NCBI GenBank assembly: GCA_963841735.1
Contig: CAWJDT010000005.1
Span: forward strand, 160,001-224,000
Reading direction: 5' to 3'
Length of the DNA stretch: 64,000 nt
Origin: an uncultured Actinomycetes bacterium
Lineage (GTDB): Bacteria > Actinomycetota > Thermoleophilia > RBG-16-64-13
This document shows, in pieces, positions 53,274-63,709 of this stretch (within the stretch, counting starts at the first letter, position 1; each line of letters begins with the position of its first letter). The notes under the pieces are model-generated. The model had not been told where the DNA came from, searched no databases, and worked only from the letters and a program-made list of their open reading frames with translations. Made by a program: the position numbers and the translations under genes.

Positions 53274-54164
53274 TTAGGGCAAGATGAAGATGGGTGTGCC
53301 GGGAACCACCGACTTAACCACCTGGGTGATGTCCTTGTTGTACATGCGGACGCAGCCGTGGCTTACGCTCTTGCCCACGCTGTCGGGGTTGTTGGTGCCA
53401 TGGATGCCCACCACTCCCCCGCCCGGCCAGTCGAGCAGGGTGTCGGAGAAGGCACTGGTGGGGATAGCGTAGGGCCCATAAGCACCGCCCGGTTCGATCA
53501 CCCCCAGGGCACAGAAGACGCCCAGCGGAGTGGGATTGACGTTGGTGCCTATGCACACCGGGTAGGAGTCCACCTTCACCCCCCCGTCGAAGAGGGTCAG
53601 CCGGTGGGCCGCCCGCTCGATGACGATGGCATGGGTGAGCGTGCGGGCGACAACCTCGTCGGCCGCGACCCAGCCTGTGCTCCCGTTGGGCCTCTGCGCC
53701 AGCCGCACCTCATACCAGCCGGACACCTTGTCGAAGCTCCCCAGGCCAACCACGGGCAGACTGGTGACTTCCTTGATGGCGTTGAGACGTGAGAGGGTCT
53801 TCACCACGGCGCCGCCGGGCGAATCGAGCACGTGCACCTGGCCGATGGCGGTCACTACGGCGTAGGAGGCGTGGATAGCCAGACCACCCGGCAACGTGAC
53901 CAAGGTAGTGGTAGTGGTTGGGGCCACGGTGGTGGTGGTCGGCGCGACGGTGGTGGTTGTGGGAGGGGGCGCGGTAGTGGTGGTGGTGACCGCGGATGCC
54001 TCCGGCGTAGCCGTGAGGTCGGGCGCGGTGCCGGCCGACGGACTCCCTGTGGCCGCGGGCAAACCGTCATCGGTGGCCGGGCCGGTGCCGGCGAAGATGG
54101 CGGCCGCGATTAGGCCGCACACCAGTACCACCCCTATGCCAAAAAATATCCGCGACTTCTTCAT
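53274..54164 (-). CDS. L,D-transpeptidase (YkuD family)
   Basis: PTPLG, VGIHGTN...SVSHGCVRM, with TM anchor and Thr linker. Confidence 0.9.
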   Translation of the reverse strand: MKKSRIFFGIGVVLVCGLIAAAIFAGTGPATDDGLPAATGSPSAGTAPDLTATPEASAVTTTTTAPPPTTTTVAPTTTTVAPTTTTTLVTLPGGLAIHASYAVVTAIGQVHVLDSPGGAVVKTLSRLNAIKEVTSLPVVGLGSFDKVSGWYEVRLAQRPNGSTGWVAADEVVARTLTHAIVIERAAHRLTLFDGGVKVDSYPVCIGTNVNPTPLGVFCALGVIEPGGAYGPYAIPTSAFSDTLLDWPGGGVVGIHGTNNPDSVGKSVSHGCVRMYNKDITQVVKSVVPGTPIFILP

Positions 54165-54198
54165 GGCGCGTCCCCCGATGGGTCAGGCCCCTCGGCCG

Positions 54199-55202
54199 CT
54201 ACTCCAGCTGCCCGCGTAGCTCCCCGTTGCGGTTGGCTGCAGTGCCCACGTTGAGGTACACCGTGCCGGTCTCGAGAAGAGCCACCAAGTCGGCGATGGT
54301 CTTGCCCGCCAGAGGGCCCAGCAACTGAGCCGCTGTGAACGACCCCTCGGCCACCACCCCGCTGAATGAGCCCACTATGGTGGGACCCGGGTAGAGGGTA
54401 AGAATCTCGTCACCTGAGGTCCCTGCCGCTCCCACGCGCACACGAGCGACCGTGAGATCGGAAAGGTTGTCCACCTCAAACACGTAGTCTACAGAGGCAC
54501 CGTCCTCGGCCACGGTCATGGTCAGGGTGCCGGTGGCGTCGGTTGTGACAGCGGGAACGGCTTCAGCGCCGGTGAGTTGGGCCACGAAGGTGGGAGTGAG
54601 ATCCACCTCGGTGGTGGTGGTAGCTCTGATGGAAGTCGTTGTGGACGAACTCGTGGTGGAGCTGGTGGTGGTCACCGGCGGAGCAGTGGTGGTGGTAACA
54701 GCCGGCGATGTTGTGGTGGGGGCCGTGGGCTCCCCGCCCATCAGCAAGATGAGCAAAACGGCCACAACCACCGCGGCCACCAGGCCGCCCAGCGCCACCA
54801 ACAGCCACCAGCGCGGACGCCGGCGGCCCAGGTTCCCGCCCGAGTGCCTTGGCGGTGTAGGTGCCCATTCCCGTGACTGTGGGGGCGGAAACGGGGCGCG
54901 CTCTGAAGGACCCGCCCGAAACCAGGGCGCGGGCCAGCACCCACTTCTCCATGTCTTCCCAGCTATGCGGGTCGGCGGGGAATCTCCCCGGCTCAGAAGG
55001 CTCAGCGCCGGCCAAGTCGCTCGCGTACGGCGGCCATCATTGCCTGGATCTCGGCCGCAACCGCCTCGACGGTGCGCTCCCCCGTCACGATGTCCTGCTC
55101 ATAGCCTTGAGCCGCCAACATCTCCCACTGCAGGTCGGTAAAAGGCCTGGGGAAGTATTTCTCTAAAGCCTCTCTGGCTTTGCTGCCGTTACTCACCTGC
55201 AA
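54199..55202 (-). CDS. Membrane-anchored CHRD-domain protein (5' part probably frameshifted; start uncertain)
   Basis: FVAQLTGAEAVP...ATGT...YLNVGT...GELRGQL. Upstream ORFs 54563 and 55002 appear to continue the gene. Confidence 0.7.
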
Positions 55203-55353
55203 GTCTCCCCAATCTGGTGAACACGTCTATCCCGCTCGCAACCTAGGCGTCTGAGTTTATCAGGAGAGACGGGCGGGGCACACGGGCCGGAAGGTTTCCC
55301 GTCGGTGCACATGCTTGACCCCGGCCCCCTCCCGGCTACCGTCGAGGCCGGCG

Positions 55354-57404
55354 ATGAGCACCGTGACCCCAGAGATCGAAGCCCGCGCCCGCGCTCTGCG
55401 CGACCGGCTCACCCCGGCCGAGAAGCTCGGGATGCTCTCCGGCGGCGTGGACTTCTACCGCTTCATGGCCGGGATGCCCGGCACCGAAGCCGGCGTGGAG
55501 GCGGCCGCCGAGGCGGGCCGCCGGCCCACGCCGGCGGCCGCTGTCGAGCGCCTGGGACTGGCGGGCTCAGCTTCGCCGACGGACCGCGGGGCATCGCGGT
55601 GGGAGTGTCCACCTGCTTTCCGGCGCCCATGGCCCGGGCGGCCACCTTCGACTACGACCTGGAGGAACGGGTGGGCGAAGCCATGGGCCGGGAGGCACGG
55701 GCCCACGGGGTGAACATCGTGGCGGCGCCGTGCATCAACCTGCTCCGCCACCCCGGCTGGGGCCGCGCCCAGGAGACCTATGGCGACGACCCCACCCACG
55801 TAGGCGAGATGGGCGCCGCGCTGACGCGAGGCCTGCAGAAACACGTGATGGCCTGCGTCAAGCACTTCGCCTGTAACAGCATAGAGAACACCCGCTTCCG
55901 CCTTGATGTGCGCGTGGACCCCGAGGTGCTGGACACCGTCTACCTGCCCCACTTCGAGCGGGTGGTGCGGGAGGGCGTGGCTTCGGTGATGTCGGCCTAC
56001 AACTCGGTCAACGGCGAGTGGTGCTCCGAGAACCGCTATCTGCTCACCACGGTGCTCAAGGAGCGCTGGGGCTTCGATGGCTTCGTGATGAGCGACTTCG
56101 TCTTTGCCCTCCACGATGGGCCCAAGGCCGTCAACGCCGGCCTGGACCTGGAGATGCCGTCTCCCCTCTTTTTGGGCAAGCGGCTGGCGCGCGCGGTGGA
56201 ACATGGCTTGGTGCCCTGGGAGCGCATCGACGACGCCGTGTTGCGGCTGATAAGGCAGCAGTTGCGGTTTCGCGCCGCCGGGGGCGGCGGCGGATGCGTG
56301 GGAGCACCGGGACTTGGTGCCGCCACCGCGGGGAGCACCACCGCCCTGGGGAGCGCCGCCACCGGAGTGCGCCGCCGAGCCATGTGGAATCGCCGCCCCG
56401 ACCCCGGGCTACGGCCCCGAGGTAGCACCGACCTCGGCTACGCGAAGTGAGCCTGTGCCGCACACCGGGCTCTCGCTCGCGAGGTAGCCACCAGGGCCAT
56501 CGTGCTGCTGCGTAACGAACCGGTGGATGGGGAGCCGGTGCTGCCGCTGCGCGCGGGCGCGGCGGACGTGGGCTCCGCCACGGGCGAGGGCGCCACCCTA
56601 GGCACCACAGACGGCGCCGCCGCGCAGCTGCGGCGCGTGGCGGTCATTGGCAGGTTGGCCGCCATACCCAACACCGGCGACCACGGTTCGAGCGATGTCG
56701 TGGCTCCCTATGTGGTCACCCCGCTCGAAGGACTGCGGGCGGCACTGGAGCCAATGGGAGTGCAGGTCGTCCACGACCCGGGCGACGACCCGGCCCGGGC
56801 CGCGCGACTGGCGGCGGAGGCCGACGCAGCCCTGGTGGTCGTCGGCTACGACTACCGCGACGAGGGCGAGCTGATAGCCGCTCCCCTGCCCGCTGGGTTC
56901 CTGCGCAAACTCCCCCGGCCGCCGCTCAAGAGCCTACCTGGAGTGGTGGCTAAGGCAGCCAAAGCGGCGTGGGTCATGGTAGCCGCCAGGCTCCTCGGCA
57001 GAGGCGGCCTGGCCGGCGGCGGCGACCGCAGGAGCCTCACCCTCCCCGATTCCGACGAGAATCTGCTCTTGGCCGTCGCGGCCGCCAATCCCAGGACCGT
57101 GACAGTGCTCATGTGCGGCTCGGCCGTGCTGATGGAGCGCTGGCGGCAGAAGGTGCCTGCCATCCTCATCCTCTGGTATCCGGGCATGGAGGGCGGTCAC
57201 GCCCTGGCCGACATCGTGCTGGGCCGCCGCTCACCCACCGGACGTCTCCCCTTCACCATCCCCACCAGCTCGGAGCACCTGCCCTTCTTCGACCCCGACG
57301 CGACCAGCATCGAGTACGGCCCGCTCCACGGGCAGGCCCTGCTGGACCATCTGGGGGTGCCGGCCGCCTATCCGTTCGGGTTCGGGCTGACCTACAGCGA
57401 CTGA
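55354..57404 (+). CDS. Glycoside hydrolase family 3 (beta-glucosidase-like), frameshifted
   Basis: DGPRG, WGRAQETYGDDP, VKHFACN, VMSAYN, GFVMSDF, AGLDLEMP, WYPGMEGG and YPFGFGLTY. Confidence 0.9.
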
Positions 57405-57572
57405 CAGCCGCTACGGCAGATGCCCGTCAGGGGTTTAGCAGAGTCCCCCGCAGACCGCTACGTAGTCCCTCTTCACAAAGCTCGGATCCGCTACAGGCCG
57501 AGACCTGCTTCGGTCAAGCTGCAGAAGACGAGCCCCCTTGTCCTCTGTCGATTGGCTCCGTGAAGCGCGGAC

Positions 57573-58194
57573 CTACCGGATGAAATTGGTCGATGAGCCG
57601 CGGCTCTGTTTCGGGTAGGGCACTGTGCCTTTCGCCGCTTCGAGGCACTTGAGCAGCCAGGCCATGTTGCGGCCCAGGGTCCTCATGATCTGCATGCCCT
57701 CCAGGTCCTGCCTCACCTCTTCAGGTGTATTCCCGTGGGTCGCGTTCCAATACTGCGAGGACACGACGGGCATGCTGGAGATCGTGAAGTACTTGTTGAG
57801 CCTGTCAAACGCGGCGCTGGCGCCACCGCGGCGGCAGTTCACGACGGCGGCCGCCGGCTTGTAGGCATATCCCGCACTCTTCCCGAAGAACATCCTGTCG
57901 AGGAAGGCACAGAGCGAGCCGTCGAGACCGGCGTAGTAGACAGGAGAGCCGACCACGATGCCATCGGCCTTCCTGGCTAGATCGATGCATTCATTCACGG
58001 AATCGTCCTCGAAGACGCAGTACCCGCTCTTGAGGCAGCCACCGCAGCCGCTGCATCCCTGGATCGCCTCGTCTCCAATGTGGAAGATGCTGCTATCGAT
58101 GCCCTGTTTCTCGAGTCTGTCCGGCAACTTCCGAAAGCGCCGTATACGTGCAGCCCTTCTCGTGCGGGCTTCCGTTGATCATGAGCACCTGCAT
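57573..58194 (-). CDS. Flavodoxin-family / NADPH-dependent FMN reductase (iron-sulfur flavoprotein-like), one frameshift
   Basis: INGSPHEKGCT, GCSGCGGC, GSPVYYA, RRGG, SSQYWN and LGRNMAWLL. Confidence 0.88.
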
Positions 58195-58366
58195 TGTTCC
58201 GCCCTTTCCTGTGCACCTGGTCCGCGAGCCGACGCGCTCCAAGGAACGCAGGGCGATGCTGGATTTTAGCGCCCAAGCGGCGCCCTGTGGTTCTGCCGTG
58301 GATAACGCGGCGCCTCTCCCCCGCGCCCGAGGCCAGGCTGGACGGCACGCTGCGGCCGCAGGCGCC

Positions 58367-58426
58367 CGCTAGGTGGCGCGCACCGGCGCTCTCCGGCCCG
58401 CGGGGCCCTCGCTAGGTGGCGCGCAC
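58367..58426. repeat. 17-bp direct repeat pair
   Basis: CGCTAGGTGGCGCGCAC occurs at 58367-58383 and 58410-58426. Confidence 0.8.
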
Positions 58427-60820
58427 AGGCCCCAGACGCCCGTTCCTGGCATTGCCCCATGCCCAGATGGTGCCGTCCCTGCCGAGGGCGAAGTTGTGAT
58501 TGAAGCCGGTGTAGATCTCCCGGATGTCCGTCAGACCCAAGGCGCGGACCGGCGACCTGCTGCCGTCCAGGCTGCCTGCCCCCAGGACTCCGCTTCCCAT
58601 CTGCTTGTTGTAACCCCAGGTCCACACACTGCCGTCTGCCTTCAGAGCTACCGTATGGTTCATTCCCGCCGTGATCTTCGCCACGCCTTCCAGCCCATCC
58701 ACCCTCCTGGGATGCACAACAGTCGTAAAGAACTCCGGATTGGCATGGGGATCGTTTGGATCGATCTCAGGCATATATTCGCCGAGGCCCAGCTCTCCGT
58801 GACGGTTGAGTCCCCAGCTATGCACGGTGCCGTCGCTCTTTAGCACCGCCGTGAAGCAGCGGCCTTCCGCCGCGCCATTGACCCCGGTCAGGTAGCCGGT
58901 GGCATCGGACTTGTCCAGCGACTTGAAGGGCAGTGTGGTACCCGGACCGTGGCTAGCCACTCCCTTCCCTATCTGCCCGTATTCCCCGTCGCCCCAGCAG
59001 CGGATGGTGCCATCGCTCTTCACCGCGACAACGGTGCGCACACCGGCCTCCAGATGCACCACATCCGTCAGAAATCCGCTCGCGTCATCGGGATCTTTGA
59101 CCTGGCTGGGCTCGTGACTCCTAGTGTAGGTGCCGTTGCCAAATTGCCCGTTGATGTTGGCCCCCCAGGCCCACACGGTGCCGTCCTGCTTCAGCGCGAC
59201 GCCGTAGCTGTCGCCGGCATCGATCTGCCTCACCGTGGAGAGACCCCCGATCACAACCGGCGCCGTATGGCGCTTTGTGGTGTCGGGGTCCCCCATCTGG
59301 CCGCAGTTGTTGCTCCCCCAGCCGTAGACGCTTCCATCTGCCGTGAGGGCGAGGCTGAAGTTGTTTCCCGCAGCGACCTGCACGATATCTTTCAGACCCT
59401 CTACCTGCACGGGAGTGTTCTGATCGGAGAACGCGCCGCACCTGCCGTTGCCCACCTGGCCGGTGCAGTTGAAGCCCCAGGCGAACACGCGCCCCTCCTC
59501 CAGCAAGGCCACGTTATGCCGGTTGCCGGCGGCGATCTGCTTGACCTGCGACCCGTCGAACCCCAAGTTGACCATCACAGGCACGTGTTCGGCGGGCATG
59601 TTGTATTTGTAGGCCTCGGCCCAGGGCTCCGGATTCACATGAGAGAACAGCCAGTCGCGCACAGCCTCGTTGGTAATGGCGGGCCGCGCACCGAATTCGT
59701 GAGCCCAGCCGCCCAAGATGCTGCCCTCCCGATACAACGTGTGCAGAGTGTGCCCGCCTTTGGCCAGTTGCTCCTTGGCCATGCGGACGGCCGCCTCTCC
59801 ACGCAACGACCCGTCCCAAACAGCCCGGTTGATGACGGCGCCGGCGCTCTCCAGCGTCTCCATGTTGTCAACGTTGCCGGGCATCGCCTTGTCGTCGTCC
59901 TCGCCGTGAAAGACCCAGAGGTTGTGGTCTTTCAGCACCTCGAGTTCCTCATAGTTGCTCTGGCCCGCAAAAACGATGCTGGCGGCGAACATCCTGTAGT
60001 ACCGTTTGCTCGCTTCCCAGGACGACATCCCCCCCATGGAGAAGCCGGTGCAGTAGAGGCGGGTGCGATCCACGCTGTACTGCTCGAATAGGGAGAACAT
60101 CAGCCCGCAGACGGCATCGAACACGCCCGTCATCTCATATGTGTCGGGATCGATCCAGTCGCCGTCGATGGGGCATTGGGGAACGAAGACGAAGCAAGGA
60201 TGCTTCTTCTGCTCTTCTTCCGTCGCCCAGATCACACCGTTCAAGGAACACAGCATGCTCTTGAGGTTGTTGTTGCCCTTCTCGCCGCCGCCGTGCCAGT
60301 ACAGAACGAACGGGTACTTCTTGTCCGGCCGGTAGTCCCTGGGCACGAACAATGAGTAGGCGACGGTGGTACCGTTCACGGGGTCCCGGTACGAATCCTT
60401 CTTGAACTGGTCGAACTCCAGGTTTGCGCCGTCCTGCACCTCGACATGCTCCATCCAGGGACTGCAGACCCCTTCGTCGGCATAGACGACATCTTTGAGC
60501 TGACGCACGTCATAGGCGATTCTGACTCTCTCGTTCACCTCCCAGTGGAAAGGGAGCGTGGTGGCCGCCTTGTCGGACGGATCCATCTCCACGATCACGT
60601 AGCGTCCGTCATGCCCGCGCCCGTCTGGGTCCTGCGCCGCCTGCTCATTCGCGTAGGCCCTCAGGATCACCCTGCTGCTCACCGAGAACGATTCGGCGCC
60701 CAGGTCGGCGTTGCATACCGGCTGCGGGTACTCGATCGCGATGGCGACATTCTTTTCGCCGTCTTCCATCACTCGGTGGATAGCAAGGATATTCATAGTC
60801 TTTGGTGGTCTCCTATTCAT
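58412..60820 (-). CDS. Alpha/beta-hydrolase esterase (EstA-like, Ig-like N-domain) fused to an RCC1-repeat propeller
   Basis: YPFVLYWHGGGE, FVPQCP, nucleophile TGFSMGG, VFHGEDD; then repeated AAGNNFSLALTADGSVYGWGSNNCGQMG units. Confidence 0.82.
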   Translation of the reverse strand: MNRRPPKTMNILAIHRVMEDGEKNVAIAIEYPQPVCNADLGAESFSVSSRVILRAYANEQAAQDPDGRGHDGRYVIVEMDPSDKAATTLPFHWEVNERVRIAYDVRQLKDVVYADEGVCSPWMEHVEVQDGANLEFDQFKKDSYRDPVNGTTVAYSLFVPRDYRPDKKYPFVLYWHGGGEKGNNNLKSMLCSLNGVIWATEEEQKKHPCFVFVPQCPIDGDWIDPDTYEMTGVFDAVCGLMFSLFEQYSVDRTRLYCTGFSMGGMSSWEASKRYYRMFAASIVFAGQSNYEELEVLKDHNLWVFHGEDDDKAMPGNVDNMETLESAGAVINRAVWDGSLRGEAAVRMAKEQLAKGGHTLHTLYREGSILGGWAHEFGARPAITNEAVRDWLFSHVNPEPWAEAYKYNMPAEHVPVMVNLGFDGSQVKQIAAGNRHNVALLEEGRVFAWGFNCTGQVGNGRCGAFSDQNTPVQVEGLKDIVQVAAGNNFSLALTADGSVYGWGSNNCGQMGDPDTTKRHTAPVVIGGLSTVRQIDAGDSYGVALKQDGTVWAWGANINGQFGNGTYTRSHEPSQVKDPDDASGFLTDVVHLEAGVRTVVAVKSDGTIRCWGDGEYGQIGKGVASHGPGTTLPFKSLDKSDATGYLTGVNGAAEGRCFTAVLKSDGTVHSWGLNRHGELGLGEYMPEIDPNDPHANPEFFTTVVHPRRVDGLEGVAKITAGMNHTVALKADGSVWTWGYNKQMGSGVLGAGSLDGSRSPVRALGLTDIREIYTGFNHNFALGRDGTIWAWGNARNGRLGPVRAT

Positions 60821-61844
60821 CGGTTCTGCTTGCGTCTGTGTGGCGAGGTTCTTCGCCCCCTGAGTGGCGCCAACCCGCGGGCCGGGAACCCGGCACGTTG
60901 ATCTCGCTCACCCGGCAGCACAGCACGTGGTGATGAGGTTCCACTTCCTCCATCACCTGACGCTCTTGACATCTCTCTTGCGCGTAGGGGCACCTGGCCG
61001 CGAACCGGCAGCCCGGCTTGGGGTTGATGGGTGACGTGAGTTCGCCCTTGAGTTCGACTCGCTTCATGGGATGGTCGATATCGATGGAGGGCACCGCGGA
61101 GAGCAGGGCCTTGGTGTAGGGATGCATCGGCCTGGCGAAGAGGCCTTCTGAAGTGCTGGTCTCAACGAGTTGGCCGAGGTACATGACGCAGATGTCGTCG
61201 GATATGTGGCGTACGACCGACAAGTCATGAGTCACGAACATATAGGTGAGGCCAACCTCGTCCTGTAGGTCCATGAGGAGGTTGAGTATCTGAGCCTGTA
61301 TGGACACGTCCAAGGAGGACACGGGCTCGTCGCACACCACAAAAGCTGGGTTGAGGGCGATAGCGCGGGCTACACCGACCCTCTGCCGTCTACCACCGTC
61401 CAGTTCGTGCGGATATGCGTTGCGCAGGCGCTGGTCGATACCAACCAAGTCCATGAGCCTGGTGACCTCGGTTGCCAACCGTCCCCTGCCAAAGCGCCCG
61501 GACAGCTTGAGGGGCTGTCTGATGATCTCCTCCACACTCCGTCTGGGGTTGAGCGAGGAGTAGGGATCCTGAAAGATGATCTGCATATCCGACCGTAGGC
61601 CGCGCAGCCCGCGCCCCTTAGCCTCCGTGACGTCCTTGCCCTCAAAGAGTATCTGGCCGTCGGTTGAATGCTGGAGGTGGATCATGGTGCGCCCAAGGGT
61701 GGACTTGCCGCAGCCCGACTCACCTACTACGCCCATGGTCCGACCCTTTTCTATGGAGAAGGAGACGTCGTCCACAGCGTGCAGTAGGCCGGTGCCCACC
61801 CGGAAGTACTTCTTGAGGTTACGGACTTCGATCAAGGCCGCCAT
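60813..61844 (-). CDS. Oligopeptide/dipeptide ABC ATPase (OppF/DppF)
   Basis: GESGCGKST, FQDPYSSLNP, DEPVSSLDVSIQ and GCRFAARCP. Confidence 0.92.
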   Translation of the reverse strand: MAALIEVRNLKKYFRVGTGLLHAVDDVSFSIEKGRTMGVVGESGCGKSTLGRTMIHLQHSTDGQILFEGKDVTEAKGRGLRGLRSDMQIIFQDPYSSLNPRRSVEEIIRQPLKLSGRFGRGRLATEVTRLMDLVGIDQRLRNAYPHELDGGRRQRVGVARAIALNPAFVVCDEPVSSLDVSIQAQILNLLMDLQDEVGLTYMFVTHDLSVVRHISDDICVMYLGQLVETSTSEGLFARPMHPYTKALLSAVPSIDIDHPMKRVELKGELTSPINPKPGCRFAARCPYAQERCQERQVMEEVEPHHHVLCCRVSEINVPGSRPAGWRHSGGEEPRHTDASRTDE

Positions 61845-61845
61845 G

Positions 61846-62832
61846 TCATTCCTCCGAAAGCGCCGGGTAGAGACAGCGGCAGCGATGTCCGGGCGCGATG
61901 TCGGCCAAGGGGATACTCTCGCCTCTGCACTTGTCTGTCGCTCGCGGACAGCGAGGATTGAACCGGCAACCGTCCGGCAGGTTCGAGGGATCAGGCATAA
62001 GACCCTCGATGGGCTGAAGTCTTCTGGAATCCTTGGACATGCTGGGCAGCGAGGCGAACAGGCCCAGCGTGTAAGGATGCGCCGCGCGCTTGAAGATGTC
62101 GCGCTTGCTGCCGTGCTCGATGATCTCGCCCGCGTAGATAACCGCTACGTCGTCGCAGACCTCGGCGACTACACCCAGATTGTGGGTGATCATTATCATG
62201 GCGGTGTTGAGCCTGTCCCTGAGGTTGCGGATCATCTCGAGCACCTGGGCTTGGATGGTCACGTCCAGCGCGGTGGTGGGCTCGTCGGCGATGAGCAATT
62301 CAGGATTGCAGGCCAGCGCCTCGGCTATGACCACCCGTTGTCTCATGCCGCCCGAGAACTCGTGGGGGAACTGCTTGAACCGCTCCGCCGGAATACCGAC
62401 CATCTCCAGCATCTCTGTGGCGCGTCGCTCGGCGTCCACGCGGCTGACCGCGTTGTGCAGGCGGACGGCCTCGGCAATCTGTTCGCCCACAGTCATGAGG
62501 GGGTTGAGCGCCGTCATAGGGTCCTGGAAGATCATCGATACCTTCTCGCCTCTGATCCTGCGCATGTCCTTCTCGGGCAGGCCCAGAAGGTCCTCGCCGT
62601 CCAGGATGATCTCGCCGTCGGCGACCCGAGCCGTAAACTCGGGGAGTATTCGCATGATGGTCTTCGCAGTCGTGGTCTTGCCGGCGCCCGTCTCTCCTAC
62701 CAGCCCAAGGGTCTTTCCACGCACCAGGTCGAAAGACACGTCGTTCACCGCGTGTACGATGCTCTTGCCCGAGCGGTACTCGACCTTCAGGTTCCTGACC
62801 GACAAAAACACGTCGTTACCGTTGTTCACCAA
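61846..62832 (-). CDS. Oligopeptide/dipeptide ABC ATPase (OppD/DppD)
   Basis: GETGAGKT, FSGGMRQRV and DEPTTALDVTIQ. Confidence 0.92.
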   Translation of the reverse strand: MVNNGNDVFLSVRNLKVEYRSGKSIVHAVNDVSFDLVRGKTLGLVGETGAGKTTTAKTIMRILPEFTARVADGEIILDGEDLLGLPEKDMRRIRGEKVSMIFQDPMTALNPLMTVGEQIAEAVRLHNAVSRVDAERRATEMLEMVGIPAERFKQFPHEFSGGMRQRVVIAEALACNPELLIADEPTTALDVTIQAQVLEMIRNLRDRLNTAMIMITHNLGVVAEVCDDVAVIYAGEIIEHGSKRDIFKRAAHPYTLGLFASLPSMSKDSRRLQPIEGLMPDPSNLPDGCRFNPRCPRATDKCRGESIPLADIAPGHRCRCLYPALSEE

Positions 62833-62845
62833 GGCCTTACCCTCC

Positions 62846-63709
62846 TCATCGCTTCATCTTGGGGTCAAGCGCATCACGTAGGCCGTCCCCGAAGATGCTC
62901 ACGGCGAGAACCGTGATCACGATGGCAAGACCTGGGAAGAGGATGATGTGCGGATGAGCAAGGACGCTGGCGATACCTTCAGTGACCATGGCGCCCCATT
63001 CGGGTGTCGGGGGGCGTACGCCGAAGCCTAGGAAGCTCAGCGATGCGGCCACCAGAATGGTGCCCCCTATGGCCGTGGTGGTGTGCACTATCAGAGGCGA
63101 CAAGGTGTTGGGCAGGATCTCCGAGAACATGATGCGCATCTTGCCGCTGTTTATCGACTCGGCCGCTTCTACGTATTCCCTGGTCCGTTCTCCCAAGATC
63201 TGTCCACGGGTGATCCTGGTTGCCGGTACGATGCCTCCCACGGTGAGGGCGATGACGGTCTTCCAGAAGCCGCCCCCCAAGACGGCCGCGATGAGGATAG
63301 CTATGAGGATGCCCGGAATAGCCTGCAAGACGTCCATGAAGCGCATGATGCTGTTGTCGATCCATCTGCCGAAGTAACCCGCGAAGGCGCCAAAGACCAC
63401 TCCGATGATGGTGCTGAGCAGCGCACCGGCGAGCCCGAGAACTAGGGAGTACCGGCCGCCGTAGAGCAACCGGGTGAGGATGTCGCGTCCCTGCTGGTCG
63501 GTGCCGCAGAGGTGCTGCCAAGAGGGGCCCAGGTTCGCGTTGTTGAGATCCATCTTGGCGGGGTCGTAGTGGGTGAGCAACGGAGCCAGCAAGCACAGCA
63601 ACACGATAATGAACAGAAGAGCCAAACCGGCGACGGCGAGCTTGCTGTGGAATACACGTATGAGGGTCTGCAGGGCCAGACTGCGTCTCTGTGGATGGCT
63701 GGTGGTCAT
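62846..63709 (-). CDS. Peptide/nickel ABC permease (OppC/DppC)
   Basis: GTDQQGRDI, EYVEAA and LSFLGFGVRPPTPEWG. Confidence 0.92.
   Translation of the reverse strand: MTTSHPQRRSLALQTLIRVFHSKLAVAGLALLFIIVLLCLLAPLLTHYDPAKMDLNNANLGPSWQHLCGTDQQGRDILTRLLYGGRYSLVLGLAGALLSTIIGVVFGAFAGYFGRWIDNSIMRFMDVLQAIPGILIAILIAAVLGGGFWKTVIALTVGGIVPATRITRGQILGERTREYVEAAESINSGKMRIMFSEILPNTLSPLIVHTTTAIGGTILVAASLSFLGFGVRPPTPEWGAMVTEGIASVLAHPHIILFPGLAIVITVLAVSIFGDGLRDALDPKMKR

Noticed and set aside
58298-58306. DnaA-box-like CGTGGATAA
   Set aside because: It is a single imperfect copy with no origin context.
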